A DNA stretch of 64,000 nucleotides from contig OX597825.1 of assembly GCA_951406725.2 (NCBI GenBank), positions 1,674,001 through 1,738,000 on the forward strand. Reading direction: 5' to 3'. The position numbers and the translations under genes are program-made. The notes beneath the pieces were generated by a model. The model saw only the letters and a program-made list of their open reading frames with translations. It did not search any database and was not told the DNA's origin. Positions 1 to 13,031 of this stretch are shown in pieces. The DNA comes from Octopus vulgaris (taxonomy: Eukaryota). Position 1 is the first letter of the stretch. Each line of letters begins with the position of its first letter.

Positions 1-470
1 AAAAACGTATAACGTTTTATTTAATGACAAAGGACACCTATGTAATTAACGCCTAATTTTACTTTCTCACGCTAAATGAATACCTATTTGTCTTGTCAAC
101 AAAATTTTATAAGTAATTAGCTTAATAAGACAGCATTGAGGGACAATCAACTATCTTCACAATATCGCTAATGTGTCACTTGCTAACTAGCGGATAAATA
201 TACACGACAACATATCCTATTTTCTCTTTCTACACCATAAACTATGGCTATATTTATAGGCAGCGCTTCGCAGATACGAGCTACGGTAAAAAGAAGAAAA
301 AAATAAGAAAGAAAAATGCCTGTCATTAGATATTTAAAATATTGCTTCTTTGAGTGAAGTAAGGGAGAAAATAAATAAACGAATGGGTGTAGGATGTAAC
401 GAGCAAATGGTGAAGCATGTTCTGTAGTTCTACAAGCAAAGATGAAGCAAAGAACGGATAATTTGTTTTG

Positions 471-640
471 CTAGAATTAAGAAATAAATCTCCTTCAAAT
501 CAAGCCACAGCGTCTTAAAACCGGGAAGGAAAGGTGTAATATAGTCCTACATATCCTACATACCGCTAATAAGATGTGATGGTCACGGCATCTTTAATCA
601 TAGTTCTGCCTAATCACAGCTGTTCTTAAACTAAACAACA
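471..640 (+). mobile_element. Short retroposon family C ((AAC)n-tailed), degenerate copy
   Basis: Shares the recurring motif order TAGAAATAGCAGCCAAATCTCCCTCAAATC...AATGTAGTCCTA...CTTTGATCATAGGTCT...CTAAACAACA with many other copies in the window. Confidence 0.6.
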
Positions 641-832
641 TTAAGAACGTGTTCTGCAGTTTTTTCTGTCGAATGATAAAATTATGAGAAGGAATTCGAA
701 ATTACAAACGAACCAATGACCAAAAGCTTTCTCAAACGGAAGCGATTGACCAAACAATTTCGGCAAAAGCGATGTAATCTATATAATAATGATATTAGAA
801 ACTCCATTTGTTTTTATCATACAATGATGTAA

Positions 833-1020
833 AGGTGGCAAGCTTGCAGAATCGTCGGGAAAGATGACTTGTGGTATTTGTTCAGGCTCTTTACATTGAG
901 TTCAAATCCCTTCTAGGTCAATTTCACATTTCAACCTTTCGACCAAATAAAATAAAGTACCAGATGGAATTGACACGCCCCCTTCCCCAAGAATTGCTGG
1001 CCTCGTGTCTAAGTTAGACT
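833..1020 (+). mobile_element. SINE family B, old degenerate copy
   Basis: GGTGGCAAGCTTGCAGAATCG...TGAGTTCAAATCC...ATAAAATAAAGTACCAG aligns by eye to the intact copies at 20468 and 41952. Confidence 0.6.
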
Positions 1021-1422
1021 CAATAGTCCACTGATATATATAAGATTTATATGAGACACCCTGGTGCCTATAATGTGGTTGTCTTGGTTTCATAATATTT
1101 CGGGCGTGATTTTATCTTTTAGTAGTGCGACTCGCCTAATAACGACCTATCTCTCATGCGACCAGTTTCCTGCAAACGTTACCCAGAACTATTCTAGAAT
1201 AAGCATTTTATGGTCGGGTGTATCGACCTCAGTACTTGGGTGGATGATTATTTTATCAATGCTGGAAAGATAAAAAGCAAAGCTGATCTCAACAGGATTT
1301 TACCTCGTAAGGTAAAATGCTGTAAATAAATGCTGCAACGTAGCAGTGAAACACTAGGGTCGATAAAATCGACCAGCCCCTCCCCGAAAATCCAGGCCTT
1401 GTGCCTATTGTAGAAAGGATAT

Positions 1423-1478
1423 ATGCATGTATGTATGTATGTATGTATGTATGTATGTATGTATGTATGTATGTATGT
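1423..1478. repeat. (ATGT)n microsatellite
   Basis: Direct reading. Confidence 0.95.
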
Positions 1479-2364
1479 GCCATTTTATACGGAGATAAAT
1501 TTTCGTCTTTCTCCCGAATGCAAACACCGTAGTTATATATACGAGGGCGTTGTTTTGAGTATTCTCGAGTTAAGTTAAGAAAAGGAAATTTAATTTTGCC
1601 AAATATTTATGCAAGAGGAAGTATTCTTTGAGTGTGTTCACTATATCTTTAATCTCTAATTACTGTCTACATACTGAGAATGAACAACTTTGTATTTATA
1701 ATGTTATCTGGGTCTTTCTAGTTTTGAAAATGATAAAATTCGTAGGTTATCTGTGAAGCGTGCATCAAATATATTTTGAGAGAAATGAACTTATATATAT
1801 GTGTATGTGTGTGTGCGTGTGTGTGTGTGAGAGAGAGAGAGAGAGGGGGAAAGAAAGAGAGAGAGAGAAAGAGAGAGTTTCTGTATTTGTGTTTTGTGTG
1901 TGTATATTTATATATACATATATAGTTATACCTGTACATAACCAAACACACACACATACACACACGCACTCATATATACATACATATTTATCGTTGCCAC
2001 AGTTATTTATTTCACCATTATTCCGAATTATGCGTTTCCATACAATTAATGGCTCTCTTAAAGTACCTTAATGTCTCTGTGGATTCATGTCGAAATACGC
2101 TGTGAAAGAGATTTGGACTTTGCTTTCTTCCGGTTGTTTACAAGAATATACTCTTAAAAGCAGATGCTCTTAAGTCTATGAACCTTTCCCTAACAAAATG
2201 TATTAATACCTTGTTGAGGCGTCTGTCCTCAACTAGACATCAATCGATATTTGAAAACATTGTGTTGGAGTTGGTTATATAGTACCAGATACTCACCAAT
2301 GGTTTTATGACTGATCTCAGAAGTGTGAAAATCCCTTCCTTTCACCTCTTTGCCTATACTTTTC

Positions 2365-2990
2365 ATTTTCTCTATTCAGCAGGACACAACACAATAATTT
2401 GGGTAACTGATTGCCATGCATTCCTACAGCGTGGCCATCCCATTGAAGTTGATGTCGCATCATCATGGCTTCAATGCAGAAGATGTTACTTTACATTCCT
2501 GCTTTCTGCAATTGTAAATTCATGATTTTTATCAAGTGTCGCTAATGTTCTATGCCCAGTTGACGGGGATGTCGCCTACAACATGCTCAGCTTTCAAACC
2601 CGTAAAAGGGAATTGGTGTAGCAACAGCCTTGTGTACCCTAAGTTTGATTATTTGTCTCAGATTTTAATCTTCATCTAGCCATCTTCTATGACGACTAAA
2701 AGTTACATTGGTTCGTTATATTGGGTGTAGGATCTCCTCTGTCAATATTTGCGATCCATGATTAGTGCTTATCCATGCACCAAAATAGTTGGAATAGATT
2801 CCTGCTTGTTGATACAAGGTTATGTTTTTAATATGTATGCCAAGAGAACCATGCTCTCAAATACGTCAGTGAAAAACACTGCAGGTGTCTGTACTTTTAC
2901 TGAAATCGCAATAACTATGGCAACATGTGCGAACCAACGTTCAGTTACCCCTGCAGTTGTGGCCCCGCCTCTGGCACGGTGAGAACAAGG
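2365..2990 (-). mobile_element. RTE-clade LINE reverse transcriptase C-terminal fragment (decayed)
   Basis: Minus-strand translation across frameshifts gives IKLRVHKAVATPIPL-YGFES*ACCRRHPRQL and IEAMMMRHQLQWDGHAVGMHGNQLPKLL. These match the RTE pattern TKLxVYxAxVLxxLLYGxExW...RH and IEAMLxxxQLRWxGHVxRMxxxRLPKxL. Confidence 0.75.
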
Positions 2991-3389
2991 TTGAACAGCT
3001 TGTTATCAGTGCTGTATGGGATGTGATGTATTGCTTTATAGATTCTTTCTTTGTGTTACCCTCATAGATTGCTTGGATAGAAGTGAGAAGTGATAAAATT
3101 AAAATTGATAATATATTGGAGTTTATCAATAATAAATCAAAAATACGCGAGGAGGGTTAAAACAACCAGGGAGCCGCCATGTGCTCGCCCAACTTGTTAG
3201 AAATAGTGACCAAACCGAGTAGTTTCTAAAACTGTATAGTGAAGTTAAACCGGTTTGTATAGACATGCATGCATACATGCATACATACATACACACATAC
3301 ATACACACATACATACATATATACATACATAATTATATATATATAATGAGAGATAGAGAGGGGGGAGAGAGTCACATATACATCTGGTT

Positions 3390-4050
3390 ATACAGCTACT
3401 AGTAAATGACTAATATACAAAAGAGATAAAGAAGCCTTTGGAGTTCCAAAAATGCAACTGAAAATGTAGATTATGTCGTATTTCTGTGAAAGACATCACA
3501 CATAGGATTAGCAGCTGCCCTCCCCCACCACTAAAAATAGACTGCTGGAATAAATATGAACGCAAGGAATACTTATGGAACATTCCAATCAAAACATCTG
3601 TCAACTATAAGCATAGCAGGCAGGATATTGTTGTTTGGGATAGGCAAGAAATATGTATGTAGCGTCGTAGAGGTCAGCTGTCCGGCTCATAGGAAGATTT
3701 CTTTGAAAGTGAAGCAGAAAGAGGATAACTATGGAGAACTGCTTCGAAACGTCCAGCTTTTATATCCAGATTATAAATTCACAATTATACCAATAATAAT
3801 CGGTGCACTTGGTTTTGTGAGTAAATGCCTGATTGACAGTCTGAATAAGCTTGGATTTCAGATTTAAAAAAAAATCAACCTACTGACTCGCATATTACAA
3901 ATACAGTCTGTAAGTGGAATAGTAAAGATATGCAAAACTTTTCTCAAGTTTAAAATGTGACATTGTTTTCGTTATTTACATTTCAACGATGAAATTTTGT
4001 ATCTTTGTTAGAAACTAGAAGAAGAATTTAAATAATTCAAAACAGAAGAG
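3390..4050 (+). mobile_element. 3' end of an R4/Dong-like non-LTR retrotransposon (CCHC zinc knuckle + restriction-like endonuclease), decayed
   Basis: KCRLCRISVKDITHRISSC (CCHC, from 3462), then EYLWNIPIKTSVNYKHSRQDIVVWDR and VVEVSCP...KVKQKEDNYGELLRNVQLLYPDYKFTIIPIIIGALG. It ends SGIVKICKTFLKFKM* at 3960. Frameshifts are present and the segment after the CCHC appears deleted. Confidence 0.8.
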
Positions 4051-4591
4051 AACATACATATATACATACATATATATTCTCACACGTACAGATATAAACA
4101 TGCATACACACTACAGAAGTACACAGACACACAGAAATACACGCACACACACACACACATACATATATGTGTATAAAACGTCGGTAAGTACATATTGTTT
4201 AAGACATGCTATGAAACAAGTTTATAGCCAACTTCTAAAATTATACACTTCGTTAATATTGATATTACGCAAAGGCGTTCGTATGTAGATATACGCTGCC
4301 ATACACAACCACAAAGTTAAACGAACCTTTATCATATATATGCCCGCAAAAATCAATATGTACGCTCAGTTATATTCTCCTATATTCACAGATATATATA
4401 ACAATTTATTCGCACAATAACCATATATATGTAACATTGAACAGACATGGCTGCGTGCATAGTCGAAAATATTTTCCCAAAGAAAGCTCTTTCTATCTCT
4501 CATAATCACGTTACCTCGGAAACAATATGTCTCTAGCCAATATAATAGCGAAGGTGATTTTCAGCACATATACATAAATATATATATACAT

Positions 4592-4658
<67 letters not shown>

Positions 4659-6361
4659 GTGTGTGTGTGTGAGTAATATATGTGTGTATGCTGTCTCTGT
4701 TTGATGTGTGCGTTTGTGTGTGTGCACCACACGCACACAGCGATTTCAAAAGAACTCGTAAATGAAATTACAGTTGTGGCTCGGGTTTCAGTGATGTAAA
4801 AGAAAAAAAAAAGGCAGTTAACGTCAGGTAAACTATTCGTCTGATATCTCCTAATAAACCTCGTTTACGTAGTTATTGTACACGAACATTCTAAGAATTA
4901 CCCAGCCGCGACACTGACGATTGAGTGGAATAAAGGAAACCCTTAATGTCCAGTAAACATCGTTTCTCTATTTTCTCTTTGATCAGTGTATGCGGTATTC
5001 ATTATCGGAAAAAAAATCGCTATAATTATTCGAATCTTATTTTTATCATCTTTACTGTTTCACTCAAGAGAAAACGATGTAACTTTGAACATTAGCGTTC
5101 TAGAAACCTGAAGTGGGTTGTAAAAACTTTCAACATATATAGTTAGTTTGTTTAAATGGTGGTGTGTTAGGAAAGAAAGATCTGTGTATCGCTAGAGCAG
5201 GATTATTTTGCTTGATGATTCAAGTACAAATGGAATCGCAGAAAAAAATCATTAACATAGACATTATGCTAGTTGAGTAATTAGCAACATTAAGAGCGAG
5301 AAGCTTTTCGGGCTATGATCGTTGTCGTTTCGAATCCAGATTGCGACGATGCATTTGACCGACAATGTCAAACCTGATGAAAATAAGACACCATAGTTAT
5401 CTACATGAGGTTAATTATCTGGAAACTAGTAAGATTATTATTAATAACAGGGATTATCTCAAACATTTAATGTGTATTTATATATGTGCAAAAGTGTATA
5501 TGTGTGAATGTTTCTACATAACTGTATAAATGTATTTGTATTTAGGCAAGAGTATAAGTACGTATGTCTTTGTACAAGCATCTAAGAATGTATTTTAGTG
5601 TATAAATGTATGCTCTGAGCACGCGCGCATATGTGTATGTGTGTGTTTGTGTGCGTGTATGGGAGTGTATGTATGTGAGTGTATGTGTGTGTGTGAGTGA
5701 GAGAGAAAGAGAGAGAGAACGGGTGAGAGACACGGAAAGATAGAGGAGGAGAGAGAGGGGGAGGGAGGGTGTATCAGTATAAGCATTTATTCTCAGTTCA
5801 AATCCTTCTGCTGAAATTATCTTTGCCCTTCATCTTTCGGACTCGATAAAATTCCGTATCAGTCAAGTAAGTGGATAGCCTTTATTGATTATAATCACAT
5901 ACTACATGCGTGTAGCCTTTCATCTAAGTTGCAAATCCATATTATCAAGATAGTGTCATTTAGGCACACGATGAACCGTTTCATGCACTTGATAATTCTG
6001 TCTTTAAGAAAGTAAAGGGCGTGGCTTTACACGGACGGTTACATGAAAATTGTAAATTAATACAACCTTCATAGCAAAATGAAAGGAAAGAAAAACTGGA
6101 GTCCAATGAAACTAATGGTTATTGTTCATGAAAAACGGAGGAATCAGAAGATAGAAGACAACTGAAAGCATTTTGCTCTTTTTAATCAAGATTCCTTAGC
6201 CTTCGCGTTTACCGTTCATTTCATAATAAATTATCCTTTGAAGGGTAAAATGCGTGTAACTATCAAGAAGGGGCGTAATGCTTCAAGACAGGGGTGTGAG
6301 ATACGGCACAAGCTCATAGAGCAGCGTGCTTTCGTCGACTCAATAAGAATTCCTTGATGTA

Positions 6362-6725
6362 GTCGCTCGACCAACTAGAAATAGCGTCCAAATCTCTTTC
6401 AGTATACATCAGATCGTCTTACAAAATGAGGAAGTAATCGATAATAGATTCCTAAAGAGAGGAAAAGGTCTCTGAAAGAATACCTTCGTAAATGTGCTTT
6501 TGTCTCTCCAGCTGACGGAAGGAATGGACAATTATATCAATTTGAAACAACGATGATGACTCAACGCAGTTTCTCGATTAGCTAGAAGCAGCAACCAAAT
6601 CTCCCTCAAATCAATCCTACAGTCTTCATGAACGTGGTCAGAACGGCAGAATACTAATAGTTAAAAGATTTTGACAGTAAGTTTCTTGAATGGAGGCTAA
6701 TTTGAGGTTAAATAACGATAGCAAC
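6362..6725 (+). mobile_element. Two tandem degenerate family C copies
   Basis: CTAGAAATAGCGTCCAAATCTC (about 6375) and CTAGAAGCAGCAACCAAATCTCCCTCAAATC (about 6582), each followed by a degenerate AAACAACGAT-type tail. Confidence 0.55.
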
Positions 6726-7841
6726 CTTGTATCTTCCAATGATTACAATAGAACAGAAGACATTGCATTAGACCCCTCCCTACACATACAGCAAACACGC
6801 AAAAATACAACCACCTGCGCACACACACATAATTCATATAAAGACGCCCCCCCCCCCCAGTCACTCAATAATGCTGTGTATATATACATGCACAGACACA
6901 CAGACACAGACACACAGACACATACATGCGTATGTACGTACACATATGTATGTCTCTCTCTATATGTATATATGCATATATATATATATATATATATACA
7001 AACACACAAACAGAAATAAGAGATTCATTTTGGAGTAAAAAAATCTACATAAGTATGAAAAACAAATGCAACTCGAATACGAATTGCTTGCCTGACACAA
7101 AAAGCCATTTTTACTGAAGACTATAATTGACTTTTAGTCCTTGAGTAATAATCTAAGGAAAAAAAAAACAAAGAAAAAGCGAAATAAGACAAAACAATCA
7201 GAATCATTAACATAACAAATACAGCAGTTCCTTTCAGAAAGACATCTAAATTTAATCTCAATGACCATATTTAATCTATACCTATTTGTTTTAACCTCTA
7301 TTTGTTTGTGCAAAAATTCGCTAAGAGAATTTCATTATTCTGCTCCAGAAACCTTAAAAGGCTTCTGAATTTATAAGTAGAGCAATTAGTCCCCAATTTT
7401 TGTATATGTTAAACAAAAGATTTAATAAAAAGTACGCAACAAAAGCGTTATTGTTGCAGCTTGGTAAATTTATTTTCAAAATCTATTTAACGCGAACTAT
7501 TATAGGTTTTTTTTTACGTGTATTTCCTTAGACAAGACACAAATCTCTACAAGAAAAAAGCGAAGACCAAGAGGTGGTAATATATATTATCTTACCATCA
7601 GCTATTATGAGCGGTGTTCAGAACTCTTTATCAAAATAGCATTAAAATTAAGAGATCTAGATTTAGCTGGAGGTTGAATAAGTTTTAAGGATTGAGTTGT
7701 TGGAAGATACCTTAAAACTCGAACTGCTTTGTTGAGTAGAGTTGTTTGAGATTTTAGCACAATGCCAGCAACTCTATGGGTTGGGAGTTTGTGTTGCATT
7801 TTATGATTAAGTGTTACAAATTTTATGCCCACATTTTGTTA

Positions 7842-7995
7842 TAGGCGCAGGCGTGTTGTGTTTGTAAGCAGCTCGCCTCGCAACTACGGGGGTTTGAGTT
7901 TGATTTCCCCACATGATGCACCGGGTGTTTTCTATTGTAGTTTCTGGTGAAGTCTTGTTTGTTAATTTTGGTTGGCAGAAACCTCGGGGAAACTA
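7842..7995 (+). mobile_element. SINE family A 5' part, degenerate
   Basis: AGGCGCAGGCGTG head and TTTGGTTGGCAGAAAC match the family A copy at 19036. Confidence 0.6.
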
Positions 7996-8254
7996 CATTC
8001 TTGGGTTGTAGAATTAATCCATTGTTCGATTAAATTATACCACTTGGCTCTTCCGAGCTTTTAGCAAAATCTACTTTAAGCAGTTGAGTTAAATCTCCGG
8101 TGTGAGCACAACTTCCTCCCTTATTCGCACCGATTTCACTTTCTTTTATGACTACACAATAAAAACAAATTTAGAAAGCAAATTCTAACATTTTGTTAGT
8201 TCATTCATCTATGTATGCCATTGAATTTATCAGTTGCCAAATATCGCTTTTCAA

Positions 8255-8588
8255 TCATGTGATTTCAGTATCCCTCCAATCGCGAGATGCCTTTTGTAAG
8301 AGTTTTCCGTTGTACTACTCACCAACCAATAATACGTGAGTAAAATTTGGAAGAGTTGACGGAAGCCCTGCAGAAGCACGTGATACCAACATGTGTAGGT
8401 GTTGAGACTGTATGTGTGCCTCTGTTTATTTGTGTCTTTTTTTCCCACAAGTTTCCAGTTCAAGACAGCAACAGAAGAAATATGTAACTGATTGGAATAT
8501 ATCCTGGGATCAACAAAATTGAATAAACTGTTGAACACGATTCCCCAGCAGAGTTGCAGTTCAATGACTGAAACCAGTAAAAGGATTA
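8255..8588 (+). mobile_element. SINE family A, very degenerate
   Basis: GTGAGTAAAATTTGG...GGAAGCCC...CCCCAGCAGAGTTGCAGTTCAATGACTGAAACCAGTAAAAG matches the family A 3' end. Confidence 0.5.
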
Positions 8589-9380
8589 GATTAATGTCAT
8601 CGGGAAAAGGAATTGGTCTCTTGATTAAAGAAAGCTAAACCGATGTAGATAAAATACTTCATCCGCTCTAACATTCCAGTCTGTTGCTGGTTTTGTGTAC
8701 CTGGTACTTTAAGCCAAGAAAGCAATCTTCAGATGTACTGTTGTTAAACCAAAGACATTCCATTTATGATTTCCTTCTTCTCTTATGGACTGACATGACA
8801 TCATTCATGCGCTTTTAAGGCAGCGGGTATGAGAGAGGTATCGCTGCTATTACTAGCAACAGCATAGTGGTTCCCCTGTTGACTGATTATTCACTACTGT
8901 AGTCTCTTAGCTTAAAGCAGCGGGATTTAGTTGCGTATAGTAACTATTTACAGGTAATTGGACGGTACCATAGAGGCTTCTGACTTTACCTGAATAATTT
9001 TTACAAGGAAATTTCATTTCAGCTAGTGAGGTTTCGCATGGAAATGGTGAAATCTGTTTCAAGATAGAGTTATTCTAATAGCCAAAGGCGGAAAGGTAGC
9101 AGACTCATTAGCACATCGGACTAAATATTTAGCGGTATTTCTCTCCCTTCTTGATATTCTAATTTCAAATTCTACCGATGACCTCTTGAGCTCATCTTTT
9201 CAAGTACTGGGGGTCGATATAATCAAGTTGCCCTTTGTTTCAAAAATTACTGTTCTTGAGCCAGCATTTGAAACAATTATTTTAATAGCCAAGAACCATT
9301 ACAGACCAACTGGAAAATTGTGAGAAATGAGGACGAACACCTCCGTATTTTAACCTATTTACATAAACAAAATTCTCAGT

Positions 9381-9449
9381 TGGTTGGTTGGTTGGTTGGT
9401 TGGTTGGTTGGTTGGTTGGTTGGTTGGTTGGTTGGTTGGTTGGTTGGCT
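9381..9449. repeat. (TTGG)n microsatellite
   Basis: Direct reading. Confidence 0.95.
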
Positions 9450-10973
9450 GGTACCCAAACATCCACGCCCGACTAAACCTGTTTCAGATCTATACACATC
9501 ATTCGTAAACCATAATTTCAGCGACACATTGCCTTTCTACTTTTGTTCCATTACAGCTGAAATAGAAATAATAATATTAACAAATATCCAATGTAAACGA
9601 AGCCTCTGTTCATTTGTCTAGTTTTCACTTGATTTCTTCCAGCTAAGAAAATAATAATTTGGAAGAAGTATCACAAGTGCTAACATGAGTTTCCCCCAAT
9701 CAAACAAAACGATCTTTAATACAATTCTTAACGAAAACCCGAACTAGATTTACTACGCAGTTTTAAAATAAAGTGAAATATATACTAATCAATAAATAAG
9801 AAAAAAAAATTCAATACTGATCAGTAAACATATTACAGTATTGATCCAAGATTTATTTAACTTGCGATCAATACACATACTTCCTCATCTTATAGTCACG
9901 TTTCTCTTCTTCAATACACTCTCGATCTCACATCAGTTTTTCAAATTTCTCTTTTCTTTACGGCTGCTGTAGTTTCAACGTCTGCTCTTTAGAACCACCT
10001 ACAATGTCTTCACTTCCGATTAATAACGAATAATTTCAGTAAACAGCTACTTTTGAAAGAGACGCGAACTTATATAATCCGTCCATTCATTTTAGTCATG
10101 TAGTTATTAGCCAGCTAAATTCAATAGATTTGCTACAAGAGGCACGAAGTAATAACAAAAACAAAGGAAAACATTTAATAACAAAATATTTCGATGCGTA
10201 TATACAGATACGCACATACATGGTTGGAGTTGAATACATGCATACATACACACACAATAAATATATACATTCACACACATGCACATATGAATGTATGTAT
10301 GCATATGCATATATGCATATAAGTATATGTGCATGTGTAAATATGTGTATGTGTGTGATGTGCGTGCATGTATAGAGGGAGAGAGAGAGAGACAGAAAGA
10401 GAGAGAAAGAGAGAGAGAGAGAGATGTATGCGCATATACTGTAACAAGTGGTTAATTAATTCGATGAAATCATGTTTAGAGTGTTGCATTTCAATATACA
10501 TTATTTAAGCAGATAGACATTTACTTAAACTGGGTGGTTAAATTGATTTCCTACGAAATAATATTTTCAAATAACTTAAAATGTACACACATGCATATAA
10601 GTGGTTGCGTGTGTGATTGCTTAAATGTGTGTGATTGTTTGTGCGTCAATGTTGGTGTTATAATAATGGACATCATGAAAGTCAGAATAATGATTCAAGT
10701 AGCTTCAGTTTGTTATATATATATTAGTTACTTTTTGCTTCTTCTGTAAATGCAGATTCTCGCCAATGTACAGACACAGACACACACAAACACAGACACA
10801 CACACACACACACAGAGAGACATACACAGACACACAGACACAGACACACACACACACACGCACGCACACACACACATACACACTGTAAAGGCAATAAACA
10901 TAAAAGAAGCAACACAACAACTCTGTTGGGCAGATATTACAATAGTTTAATGCATGTAAGTTGTAAGGCATTG

Positions 10974-11010
10974 TCTTAACGTTTCGGCAGTTTCTCCTTC
11001 ATCAGAAAAG
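10974..11010 (-). ncRNA. Minimal type I hammerhead ribozyme motif (canonical core)
   Basis: Minus strand reads CTTTT-CTGATGA-A-GGAG AAA CTGCC-GAAAC-GTT-AAGAC: CUGAUGA and GAAA core, stem II, palindromic AACGTT at stem III, and stem I UUUU/AAGA. Confidence 0.6.
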
Positions 11011-11358
11011 AATAAACAGAAGAAAGATGAGGGAGAGAAAGAAAGTGGGAAAAAGTGAGCGCGGAAATGAAAACTAAAAAATCTACCAAATAACAACAAC
11101 AGTAAGGGTGGAAGTTTAGTAATTAAAAATCAGAAGAAATAAAAAAGGGAGAAGCAGGTACGTGGATAAATGTATAAATGTGTACCTCTGTCTGAAAATG
11201 AACATAAGTGAGTTTGATATCTGTTTGTGTTTAATTGTTGGTAGGGTAGTGTGCAAGTGTGTGGTGATAGAAATATGGGCGTCGGAGATAGAAACATGGG
11301 ACGGCGAGCAACACGAAACGTGTTATTTATGTGTGCAAGAATTTATATATGTATATAT

Positions 11359-11575
11359 AATAAAAATTTACAGAAAAGCAAAAAACGAAGGCAGGTGTAT
11401 AAACAACAAGCAGGTGTAATTAGTTTGACGCTCAGGAAAGTGAGAAAGCTTTTTACGCTTCGAGCCTACGCTCTTCAACAGAAAGGAACACGAGGAAATA
11501 TATAGAGAGAAGATTAAAAAATCAAAAAAACAGAGAGGGAATAACAGCAGTTTTGGAGTTAGCGGTCAATCATAT
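11359..11575 (-). mobile_element. Short non-coding HHR-bearing element (Penelope-terminus or retrozyme-like), same family as 59432-59590
   Basis: Homologous to 59432-59590 (ATTAGTTTRACGCTCRGGAA...CCTACGCTCTTC). Bounded by TA/TG tracts. Confidence 0.55.
11449..11485 (-). ncRNA. Hammerhead-like motif with variant core (CUGUUGA; GAAG)
   Basis: Minus strand: CTTT-CTGTTGA-A-GAGC GTAG GCTC-GAAGC-GTA-AAAAG. Perfect 4-bp stem II, two core deviations. Confidence 0.45.
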
Positions 11576-11589
11576 ATGTATGTGTATAT

Positions 11590-12005
11590 GTAGTGGGTAG
11601 CGATTTTCTTCACTATTTCAAGGAGTGACGACCCTGCCTGACACGAGTCCCGGGCTCAGCTCCTTCTGGCTGACAGTACCTGGTATGGGCCCCTATCCAG
11701 GGTTACGAAAAGGAGACAACCTTCAAAGAAACTCGGAGTGGAGCCCCGTAGGCGGTTTAGTGTTCGACTCAACACTTCCGGCAGCTCCTGCAACAAAGCT
11801 GGTGCCCAACGTAATGCTCTGCTCTCCTTTGGACTACATCAGCAAGGTCGAGAGAGGAATCCTGACGATTGGGCTACTCAGGAGTTTCTTACATCTAGCC
11901 CAGGCCTGCACAATACTGGAGAGGACATGAAATGCAAAAACCAGACTGGATTAGTTTATGCGCAATCCCATTGTCTCCCGGGACAAAAAGGATGCCAACA
12001 AGGAT
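11590..12005 (+). mobile_element. GC-rich insertion, probable RTE LINE 5' UTR-derived fragment
   Basis: Sharp GC-rich island between microsatellites. TCCGGCAGCTCCTGC...AAGCTGGTGCC-AACGTA resembles RTE 5' UTR sequence as I recall it. No credible ORF. Confidence 0.4.
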
Positions 12006-12007
12006 AT

Positions 12008-12075
<68 letters not shown>

Positions 12076-12814
12076 GTATGTATCCGTTAGGAAATAATGT
12101 ACTCAAATTATTTTGTAGAATGAAATTGCTGATTCTACGGTTTTCGAGTAGTATTCCTTTCGAGATTGTTAAAAATATAGTCAAAAGCACAGGAAAAGCT
12201 AAATTCAGTGATATTTGAACTCGAAATGGTAAGAGCGGTAACTAAATAAAGAAAAACACTTTGTGTGAGCCTTTACTAATTATGCTGTTTCGCCACCTCT
12301 TTATGACCAATCTAATTTATGGTATTTGGAGTTGCGAAGTCCAAACGTTAATATTTGCGAGAAAGATTTAAAATCAGATTGGTCATTAGTAACTCGTTCA
12401 CGAGTTTACTTTTTAGGGGTTCGTTATTGATTAGAAGTTCTATATATATTAGTATTAGTTTATGGTCTGGTAAATGCATTTTCCATTCTGTTTTATGAGG
12501 TTGCTGATCATGAGTTCAAGTGTTTTATAGTGCCTATGTAATGGATTCATGAAATAAGCTCTTAAGTGCGTTTTGTGTATTTTTAATACGAAAAGCGTCT
12601 GATATGTTGTCTATTGCGTTGTAATTCTCGTATGTATTGTTTTATGGCTTCATTCATTAGCGAAGGAAGCAATGCTCAAACGGTAACAAAATGACGCCAA
12701 CGTCACTTCATTCAGAAGATGGAACTGTGGGAATCTAGAAACACCGACTTGTATTTTTGAGTACCCTGAAAACTGTTAGAAACACACACGGAAAAAAAAA
12801 CTTGATAAAGATTC

Positions 12815-12882
12815 TTCGACTAAAGGAGGTGCTCCAGCATGACCGCAGGCAAATGACTGAAACAAGTAAAAGAGTAAAAAGA
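12815..12882 (+). mobile_element. SINE family A 3' tail fragment
   Basis: TTCGACTAAAGGAGGTGCTCCAGCATGACCGCAGGCAAATGACTGAAACAAGTAAAAGAG. Confidence 0.75.
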
Positions 12883-12993
12883 AAATTTTGAATGCACTCG
12901 AGTTGTTATTTTTGGTATTAAGAATCGAGTGAAAGAGAAGGCAGTATATAAACTAGAATATGCATACATACATAATACTTATACACGTATATG

Positions 12994-13031
<38 letters not shown>

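Noticed and set aside
1539-1580. TACGAGGG mariner-type TIR start
   Set aside because: No matching opposite TIR or transposase nearby.
9962-9996. Minus-strand HHR-like GGTT-CTAAAGA...GAAAC...AGCC
   Set aside because: Core G5 is altered and there is no NUH triplet; too degenerate.
12370-12650. Possible GIY-YIG remnant on the minus strand (KQYIRE)
   Set aside because: A single weak motif only.
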